Assembly: GCA_903884945.1 (NCBI GenBank)
Contig: CAISGR010000279.1
Location: 10,966 to 74,965, forward strand
DNA: 64,000 nucleotides
Direction: 5' to 3'
From: an uncultured bacterium
GTDB taxonomy: Bacteria; Pseudomonadota; Alphaproteobacteria; Sphingomonadales; Sphingomonadaceae
Shown here: one piece after another, positions 48,894 to 56,224 of the stretch
Numbering within the stretch: position 1 is the first letter of the stretch
Layout of the letters: each line of letters opens with the position of its first letter
The notes under the pieces: model-generated
Seen by the model: only the letters and a program-made list of their open reading frames with translations
Databases searched by the model: none
What the model was told of the DNA's origin: nothing
Program-made: the position numbers and the translations under genes

Positions 48894-48936
48894 ATAGTAT
48901 GTTACCTATACAATATTTCGATAGAATGCTACCTGT
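48894..48936. promoter_or_regulatory. Tandem putative MarR/SlyA boxes, copies 2 and 3
   Basis: ATAGTATGTTACCTAT (48894-48909) and ATAGAATGCTACCTGT (48921-48936) upstream of the TBDR. Confidence 0.7.
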
Positions 48937-49390
48937 TTTTTCGGGTCAGCGCGATTGATGCGAAATGCCCGGCGTAACGGACCGAGTGGCGATCTAAGCG
49001 GGCGCCGGATTTGGCGCTTCAAATATCATATACGATCTGCAATAAGGGTCGGGTAGCGCTACCATTTCGGGCGCGACTCCGGCGACTCCCTCAAGGGCAG
49101 AAGGGCGCACCGGTCAGGAGAAGGAGGCCGGAATGGGCATTGCGCGCAGGGACGTGGCCGGAGCGCCGGGGGCGATACGCTCCCCTGTTCGGCAGGGCCG
49201 CCCGCCGGAGAGCGGCGCGGATCATGCGGCCAGCCGCATGGGCATGGAACGGCCTTCCCGTGACCGGGACCAATGTCGGCGCCGTGCGCAGCATCGTAAC
49301 GGGGCCGACCGCGCCGCTCGATCAGCTCGACATGCACGCCGCAACCGAATGGGGCCGGCGGGGATATTCCAAATGAACATCAAGGGAGAA

Positions 49391-52021
49391 ATGCGCGTGA
49401 GGAAATCTATTCTGGGCCTGTCGCTCGCGGCGACCCTGCTCTCCGGCACCGCGCTGGCGCAGACCGCGCCGGCCGACGCGCCGTGGCGCGACCCGGCGCT
49501 GCCCCGGGAGCAGCGGGTGGACGCGCTGATCGCGCAGATGACGATCGAGGAGAAGGCCTCGCAACTCGTCAACCAGGCGCGCGCGATCCCGCGGCTCGGC
49601 GTGCCCGCCTATGACTGGTGGAGCGAGGCGCTGCACGGCGTGGCGAACAACGGCTATGCCACCGTCTTCCCCGAGCCGATCGGGCTGGCCGCGACCTTCG
49701 ACGCGCCGGCGATCAAGGACATGGGCGTCGCGATCGGCACCGAGGGGCGGGTGAAATGGAACCTGATCGAGAAGGCGGGGGGCGAGCACCACATCATGCA
49801 GGGGCTGACCTTCTGGTCCCCCAACATCAATATCTTCCGCGATCCGCGCTGGGGCCGCGGGCAGGAGACCTATGGCGAGGACCCGTACCTGACCGGCCGG
49901 CTGGGCGTGAACTTCGTGCGCGGCATGCAGGGGGACGACGCGCACTATTACCGCGTGTCCTCGACCGCCAAACATTATGCGGTGCACAGCGGCCCGGAGC
50001 CGAGCCGCCACAGCGACAATATCGTGGTCAGCCTGCACGACGAGGAAGACACCTATCTCCCCGCGTTCCGCGCACTGGTGACGGAGGGCAAGGTCGAATC
50101 CGTGATGTGCGCGTACAATGCGATCAACGGCCAGCCGGCCTGCGCCAGCGACTTCCTGCTCAAGGAGCGGCTGCGCGGCGCCTGGGGCTTCAAGGGACAT
50201 ATGGTGTCCGACTGCGACTCCATCGCCGATATCGAGCGCGGGCATCATTACACCAAGACCTTCGCCGAGGCGGCGGCCGTCTCGCTCAAGCTGGGCGTCG
50301 ACAGTGACTGCGCCGAATTCGGCCGCGCCACCGGGCCGACCTCCGACTACGACCGCTATGTCGAGGCGATGAAGACGGGGCTGGTGAGCCAGGACGTGGT
50401 CGACCAGTCGCTGCGCCGGCTGTTCACCGTGCGGATGCGGCTCGGCATGTTCGATCCGCCTGCAATGGTGCCCTATAACAGCATCCCCGAAAGCGCGCTC
50501 AACGCGCCCGAGCATGGCGCGCTGGCGGCGAAGCTGGCCCGCGAATCCATGGTGCTGCTGAAGAACAACGGCCTGCTGCCCGTGAAGCCGGGCGTGAAGA
50601 GGATCGCCGTGGTCGGCCCGCTCGCCGATCAGGTGGACGTGCTGGCGGGCAATTATCGCGGCACGCCCGTCGCCCCGGTGACCGCGCTCGAGGGCATCCG
50701 CAAGGCCTTTCCGGGCGCCGAGGTGGTGTTCGAGCCGGGCACCGACTTCCTGCGGCTGGCCGAGCCGGTGCCTGCCGCCGCGCTTTCCACCGCCGACGGC
50801 CAGCCCGGGCTGAAGGCCGAGTTCTGGCGCGGCGGGGACTATAGCGGCGCGCCCGCGGTGAGCCGCGTGGACGCGACGGTCGCCTATGACCGCAACATGC
50901 CCGCGGTGATCCCCGATGCGGCGGTCGTCTCGGCGCGCTGGACCGGCTTCGTGGCGGCGCCGGAGAGCGGCCAGTACAAGATCGGCATCAACGGCCGGTC
51001 GGCGAAACTGTGGATCGACGACAAGCTGGTCGCCGACAACAGCGATCCGCAGCGCGGCAACACGATGATCGACATGACCTTCGAAAAAGGCGTGAAGCAT
51101 AGCGTACGGATCGAACAGACGCCGAGCCGCTTCCCGCCGCGCTTCGTGTGGAACCAGGTACATGCCGATGCGCTGGCGCGCGCGGTGGCGGCGGCGAAGC
51201 AGGCCGATCTCGTCATCGGCGTGGTCGGCATCACCTCCGCACTGGAGGGCGAGGAGATGACGGTCAACGTGCCCGGCTTCGTCGGCGGCGACCGCACCAG
51301 CCTGGACGTGCCGGCCGACGAGGAAGCCGTGCTCAAGGCAGTGAAGGCGACGGGCAAGCCGCTCGCGGTGGTGCTGATGAACGGCTCGGCGCTGTCAGTG
51401 AACTGGGCCGCGGCCAATGCCGATGCGATCCTCGAGGCCTGGTATCCCGGCCAGGCCGGCGGCACCGCGATCGGCGAGACGATCTCGGGCGCGAACAACC
51501 CGGCGGGGCGGCTGCCGGTGACCTTCTACACCGGGGTCGACCAGCTGCCGCCGTTCAAGGACTATGCAATGAAGGGGCGGACCTATCGCTACTTCTCGGG
51601 CAAGCCGCTGTACCCGTTCGGCCATGGGCTGAGCTATACCAGCTTCGCCTATGGCACGCCGGTGCTGTCGAGCGCGGTGGTGAAGGCGGGCGCGCCGCTG
51701 GGCGTGGATGTCGAGGTGCGCAACACGGGCACGCGCGCGGGCGACGAAGTGGCGCAGCTCTATCTGAGCTTCCCGCAGGCGCCGGGGATGCCGATCCGGG
51801 CGCTGCGCGGCTTTGCCCGCGTCCATCTGGCGCCGGGGGCGAGCACGAGGGTGCATTTCGACCTGGACGCGCGCGGGCTTTCGAGCGTGACCGAGGCCGG
51901 CAAGCGGATCGTGGCGCCGGGCGCCTATAGGCTCAGCGTCGGCGGCGGCCAGCCGGGAACGGGCGCCCCGACGGCGGCGGCCGGGTTCACGGTGGCGGGG
52001 ACGATGGCGTTGCCGGAGTGA
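49391..52021 (+). CDS. Secreted GH3 beta-glucosidase/beta-xylosidase with PA14 insertion
   Basis: RBS AAGGGAG; signal peptide; WWSEALHG, WSPNINIFRDPRWGRGQETYGEDP, KHYAVHSG, VSDC (nucleophile), EGEEM, Fn3-like C-terminus. Confidence 0.94.
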   Translation: MRVRKSILGLSLAATLLSGTALAQTAPADAPWRDPALPREQRVDALIAQMTIEEKASQLVNQARAIPRLGVPAYDWWSEALHGVANNGYATVFPEPIGLAATFDAPAIKDMGVAIGTEGRVKWNLIEKAGGEHHIMQGLTFWSPNINIFRDPRWGRGQETYGEDPYLTGRLGVNFVRGMQGDDAHYYRVSSTAKHYAVHSGPEPSRHSDNIVVSLHDEEDTYLPAFRALVTEGKVESVMCAYNAINGQPACASDFLLKERLRGAWGFKGHMVSDCDSIADIERGHHYTKTFAEAAAVSLKLGVDSDCAEFGRATGPTSDYDRYVEAMKTGLVSQDVVDQSLRRLFTVRMRLGMFDPPAMVPYNSIPESALNAPEHGALAAKLARESMVLLKNNGLLPVKPGVKRIAVVGPLADQVDVLAGNYRGTPVAPVTALEGIRKAFPGAEVVFEPGTDFLRLAEPVPAAALSTADGQPGLKAEFWRGGDYSGAPAVSRVDATVAYDRNMPAVIPDAAVVSARWTGFVAAPESGQYKIGINGRSAKLWIDDKLVADNSDPQRGNTMIDMTFEKGVKHSVRIEQTPSRFPPRFVWNQVHADALARAVAAAKQADLVIGVVGITSALEGEEMTVNVPGFVGGDRTSLDVPADEEAVLKAVKATGKPLAVVLMNGSALSVNWAAANADAILEAWYPGQAGGTAIGETISGANNPAGRLPVTFYTGVDQLPPFKDYAMKGRTYRYFSGKPLYPFGHGLSYTSFAYGTPVLSSAVVKAGAPLGVDVEVRNTGTRAGDEVAQLYLSFPQAPGMPIRALRGFARVHLAPGASTRVHFDLDARGLSSVTEAGKRIVAPGAYRLSVGGGQPGTGAPTAAAGFTVAGTMALPE

Positions 52022-52618
52022 GCCACGGATAGCTCTACGGACGGGGGCACGGTGCGGACGCCGTGCCCCGCGCGTTGTGGAAAACAGCCTTGAGAAGGAG
52101 CGGACACGGGATCGCGCGAACCGGCTTGCGGTGCATTCCTGCCACAGGCCGGGCGCGGTTGAATCGACGGCGCAGGCGCTGCGGGCGACCGCCACTGTTG
52201 AGAATGTCATGCGGTTTACTGACATTTTGGCCGAGCCGGCGCCTCGCGCGGCGATGTGCAACATTATATAATAATATCAGTTATTTATTTTCGATCCGCT
52301 CTAGCTCCGCGTCCGGCTCTCCATGCTGATTTAGCCTCTTCTATTTCGGGCAACTGCCTCTTCTTGTGCCGAGCGTGCCCGCCGTGTCCTTTCGTCGAAG
52401 ATCGACCGATCCTCGAAGGTTCAATCGGGGCGTCACGCCGAATTCCGGGCGATGGCAGCGAAGCGCCGGCCGACCAGGCAGGATCTGCCACGGGGTCTGT
52501 GTGTCGTCAGCACGCAATACCAGCACTCGCGTTCAGGCCCGAGGCCCAAACCAGCCCTCCCCGTCGATTCAAATCCTCCCCCTAAGCCCCCTAATGCCCC
52601 AAGATCAGGAGGTGTCGG

Positions 52619-54364
52619 ATGGCTATCAATATCCCCCCGCTCGGCGACGCGGCCCGCGCGCCCCGCCCCGTCGGATCGACGCTCGCCCCGAACATCACGG
52701 ACCGGGCAATCCACGCGTTGCCGCCCGAGACAACCGACAAACCAGCAACATCGAGCATGTCAGACATTGCGCCCGTGGAAGAACAAAGCCTCAAGGCGTG
52801 GATCGAGCGGTTTCTGGAGCGGAACGAGCATCTCGCCCGTCCGCAGCCCACATCCCCGCCACCATCGGCGTTCGACGGAGCGCCCGCGACCTGGCAGGCA
52901 CCGGAGCACTTGGCCGCGCTCAATCCGCACGGCGGCTATATCGCGATGCACCTGATCTCGCGGATGACGGACGACCTGGCCGAGCTTACCCGTAGCAAGC
53001 GGGCCGCGACCTATTCCGAAGTCTATGAATATCTGGGCCACGCGCTGGTGGCCCTCGGGGTCGCGCCGCAGGGCTACACGGCCGAAGAAGCGACAAAATG
53101 GTGGCGCATGGGTGGCTCCTCCGTGCTTCAGGCCGCGGCGAATGACCCACATGACGGAGACGGCAACTGGGCCGAACTCGATGCGCCAACCCGACCTGCT
53201 GCGCTGAACGGGGTAGCCATTGACCGTTGGGCTGATCTACAGACCCATTCCGCAGGTCACCGATATATCGAGGCCGCGCTGGGTGCTCAGCGCGCCGCGA
53301 CCGACCTCGCCGCTCGCTACGATCCGTCTTCACCATGGGCGGCGCCGTTGGAACCGGCCGGAGACCTCCATCTGGGCGGCGCTCTCGACGGCAATGTCGC
53401 TGATGGCGCGCCGCTCCATCCCAGGATTTCGCGCTTTTCTCTGGCAGGCGGGGAAGCGCCCAAGCCCGGTGCCGCGACCAAGGCAATCGCGCAGGCAGAT
53501 CAGACGGGCGCAACCAGGCGGCATGAACGGCCGGCGGCCCCGCTCGGCACGGACCTATCGACCTATGACATGGGCTTTGGCGACAAGGCCCATGGTTTCC
53601 ACGGAGACTATCGCACCACCCCACAGGCACGCGCCTGGCTGACCGGATTCCAAGGCCTCGCCGGCCCGGCCACACCCTATCCGGACGGATCGCCCGGCAA
53701 CGAGAAGCTGTCGACGAAGGGACGGCGCAAGATACGAGAAGATGTCGGCTATCTCTACACCCTGCCCGAAGTAAAGGCCCTTCTCGACCTGATTTCCGAA
53801 ACAGAGGGTTCAGCGGTAGACGGCTATTACCGCACTCACGCTCCAAATAAGAAAAGACTTCCGAATCTCGACACCTTTCATGGTGCAGTTCCGAGCGGCC
53901 GGTACCAGATCAAGCGAGACAATTGGGAAAATTATGGCGGAGCGTGGTGGTCCAGGAACGACTTCTCCGAAATCACTCAGGATATCATTGCCATAACACA
54001 GCTTCGCCATAAAGGTGCAATTGACCAGCTTATGAAAGGAAATTTAAGCGGAGCACTCAGCATCGCGGCGAACATATTCGCCTCCATTCCGAAGAGCGTG
54101 GCTGAAGATCATAGTCGCTATACAAAGGGCTACACCGACGACAGTAAGGGACAATCCTTAACCAAAAAGGCGCGGAAGAAGATCATTCTCGACCAGCCGA
54201 CACCGGTGGATTTCCGAGATCTTCCCGCACGGTTCGAATATTACTTGAAATCCCGCCGCGCAGAATTTAACAGAGCTGAACAAGCGTGGAAGACCAGCAA
54301 GATCCTCCCCAAGGCCTTCATCTCACCGTTGAGGTGGCGGTCTTTTGGCCTTGATGGATTCTAG
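52619..54364 (+). CDS. 581-aa protein: unknown N-terminal region plus C-terminal lambda-R-like (GH104-type) muramidase/lytic transglycosylase
   Basis: RBS AGGAGG; KALLDLISETEG...GY...SGRYQ...W...DFSEITQD..A...L..KGA......G.....L......FASIP aligns by eye with lambda R (KAFLDMLAWSEG...AGRYQ...DFSPKSQD...WASLP). Confidence 0.8.
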   Translation: MAINIPPLGDAARAPRPVGSTLAPNITDRAIHALPPETTDKPATSSMSDIAPVEEQSLKAWIERFLERNEHLARPQPTSPPPSAFDGAPATWQAPEHLAALNPHGGYIAMHLISRMTDDLAELTRSKRAATYSEVYEYLGHALVALGVAPQGYTAEEATKWWRMGGSSVLQAAANDPHDGDGNWAELDAPTRPAALNGVAIDRWADLQTHSAGHRYIEAALGAQRAATDLAARYDPSSPWAAPLEPAGDLHLGGALDGNVADGAPLHPRISRFSLAGGEAPKPGAATKAIAQADQTGATRRHERPAAPLGTDLSTYDMGFGDKAHGFHGDYRTTPQARAWLTGFQGLAGPATPYPDGSPGNEKLSTKGRRKIREDVGYLYTLPEVKALLDLISETEGSAVDGYYRTHAPNKKRLPNLDTFHGAVPSGRYQIKRDNWENYGGAWWSRNDFSEITQDIIAITQLRHKGAIDQLMKGNLSGALSIAANIFASIPKSVAEDHSRYTKGYTDDSKGQSLTKKARKKIILDQPTPVDFRDLPARFEYYLKSRRAEFNRAEQAWKTSKILPKAFISPLRWRSFGLDGF

Positions 54365-54403
54365 GCGCCCTTTTTCACATCGGACAATGGTCGCGGGGCA
54401 GGC

Positions 54404-55021
54404 ATGAATGTTTCCCGGTTCGCGTGTCGTATCACCCTCGCCGCGCTCTTGCCCTTGCTCGCCCTGGCATCGTGCGCGCCACCGGCCGCGAGAAAGGACA
54501 TGGTTACGCCCGGAATCGACAAGCCGGCCTGGGTGGTGAAGGCGGATTTCGATCGTCTGTTTCCCTGCCTGGACGGCGGCTTCAGAACATGGGACGATCG
54601 CGACGACCGGGACTGTGTCGGTGGGGCGACCGTCGAGCCCGCCGACTCGCCGGCGCCACCGGATCGGGTGGAGATTTACATCGCGCTATTCGATTTTGCC
54701 GAGGACGCCGTAACCAGAATCAGGCGGGAAATTCCGCCGATGTACGGCCAGGTGATGCGCTATCTCTTCCCCCACTGGCCAGAAGCGAACGCCTGGCTTT
54801 CACGCAGCCTGGAACATACGCGCGAAAGCGGCTGCCCGCGCATTGCCCATGTCCGGGACCTGTGGATCATCGTGCGACCCGGCTACAATGACGCGGCGCA
54901 GGCTTATGCCGACGTCATGATCACCAGATCCGCCGGCGAACTCGCCGAGTGGCGGAAGTTGGACGACCCGATGTGCGACGGACCGCCTTTCGTGGAGGAA
55001 ATCCGCCTGCCGAACGCCTGA
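54404..55021 (+). CDS. Lipoprotein of unknown family (candidate immunity protein)
   Basis: Lipobox LALAS-C24 after a hydrophobic stretch; four further Cys; 39 bp downstream of the muramidase gene. Confidence 0.75.
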   Translation: MNVSRFACRITLAALLPLLALASCAPPAARKDMVTPGIDKPAWVVKADFDRLFPCLDGGFRTWDDRDDRDCVGGATVEPADSPAPPDRVEIYIALFDFAEDAVTRIRREIPPMYGQVMRYLFPHWPEANAWLSRSLEHTRESGCPRIAHVRDLWIIVRPGYNDAAQAYADVMITRSAGELAEWRKLDDPMCDGPPFVEEIRLPNA

Positions 55022-55147
55022 CGAAATGACCGGCGCACGGTGGCGCGCGATCATGCGCCAGGCGCCCGGTCACGCAGGAAAATCCGGCGCGCTTTCTTCA
55101 AAGCGCCCCGGGCATGGACTTGCCGACGCCGGCCTGAAATTACCCGC

Positions 55148-55801
55148 TCACTTGGACGTCGCGGGAGTCGATATCTTGCTTGGCGTCGGGGCAGTCGCCG
55201 GAGCGGCGACGGTGGCGGGAACCGCAACAGGCGCCGCAGCGGGCACGCCCTGCAGGGGCATTTCTGGCCCGCTGGCCAGCGCCACCGGTACGTCCTCATC
55301 CAGATAGGCCTTGATGATCGAGCCCGCCGGAATCCGGGCGCTGGTACCGGTCATGAAGAACCCTGCAGGCAGGAAGACGATCGCCGAGACGGCGGCCGCG
55401 CCCACGCCGCCGGCGACACCCTTGTCGTCAGTCGTGCCGGTAAGCCTGATCTGCCGATCACCGACGCGGAGATACAGGACGCGTGCGTCGAAATGGCCAG
55501 ACTTCCCCCACATGCCCTTGTTCCTGACGCTGGTGATCTCCCCCACGCCTGGCGTGCCGACCGGGATGACAACCTGGCCGTTGAGCGAGACGGGTTCGCT
55601 CGTTTCGATCTCAAACCGCTGGCCGACGCGAAGCGCCTTGTGCTCGGTCGTCAGTTCGGTGCGCGTCCGCACCGGCACCTCCGTTCCGATCCGCAATATC
55701 GATGCCTGCGGTGCCCCGATCACCAGCGCCTGCTGCGCAGCGAGCGGCGCAGACATGGTGACGAGCGCGATCGACATCGCGCCCAAAAACGCCTTGTTCA
55801 T
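55148..55801 (-). CDS. Exported hypothetical protein with TrbI/VirB10-like beta domain
   Basis: Signal peptide MNKAFLG...AAQ; GTEVPVRT..EL......VGQRF......PV..NGQVVIP.GT...GEIT; hydrophobic GGVGAAAVSAIVFLPAGFF hairpin; Pro/Ala tail. Confidence 0.65.
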   Translation of the reverse strand: MNKAFLGAMSIALVTMSAPLAAQQALVIGAPQASILRIGTEVPVRTRTELTTEHKALRVGQRFEIETSEPVSLNGQVVIPVGTPGVGEITSVRNKGMWGKSGHFDARVLYLRVGDRQIRLTGTTDDKGVAGGVGAAAVSAIVFLPAGFFMTGTSARIPAGSIIKAYLDEDVPVALASGPEMPLQGVPAAAPVAVPATVAAPATAPTPSKISTPATSK

Positions 55802-56224
55802 GAAAAATCCCCCCCGGCACATCCTCGTCATCGAGTCGTGCACGCAGGGAGAAGAGGCTAAATCCCATGCGCCGTCAATAATTGGCCCACTGATTATTTT
55901 CCAGGATTTTATTGCACATCATCCAATCGTTCACAAATAATGGCAGGCAACCCAATATTTCTGCACGCAACAATTCACAACGGCAGATTTTAGAACGCAG
56001 GATACAGCACTTCCACTTGCGAGGCTTGTCCGATGCCGCGCGACAGCCGAATTTCGCTGGCAAGGCGCCCATCGACGGAGCTTTGTCTGGAGGTTCAAGC
56101 ACCATTAGCCATCAAGCGCGCCCGGATCGCGCCGCGCCATTACAACCACAGTGGCTTCACCCCGCGTTGACCCGTCCCGACCCGCCCGCCACCTTCGCGG
56201 CGGGCACGGAGCGCGGGGGATCTC

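Noticed and set aside
52566-52580. T-loop-like GATTCAAATCC suggesting a tRNA or att remnant at the islet edge
   Set aside because: No flanking T-stem, acceptor stem or CCA, and no second copy seen.
52619-55021. Prophage lysis cassette (endolysin plus spanin) reading
   Set aside because: No holin or i-spanin; the lipoprotein is 205 aa and not embedded; the muramidase has a 380-aa N-terminal extension; no structural phage genes nearby. Not fully excluded as a virion-protein relic.
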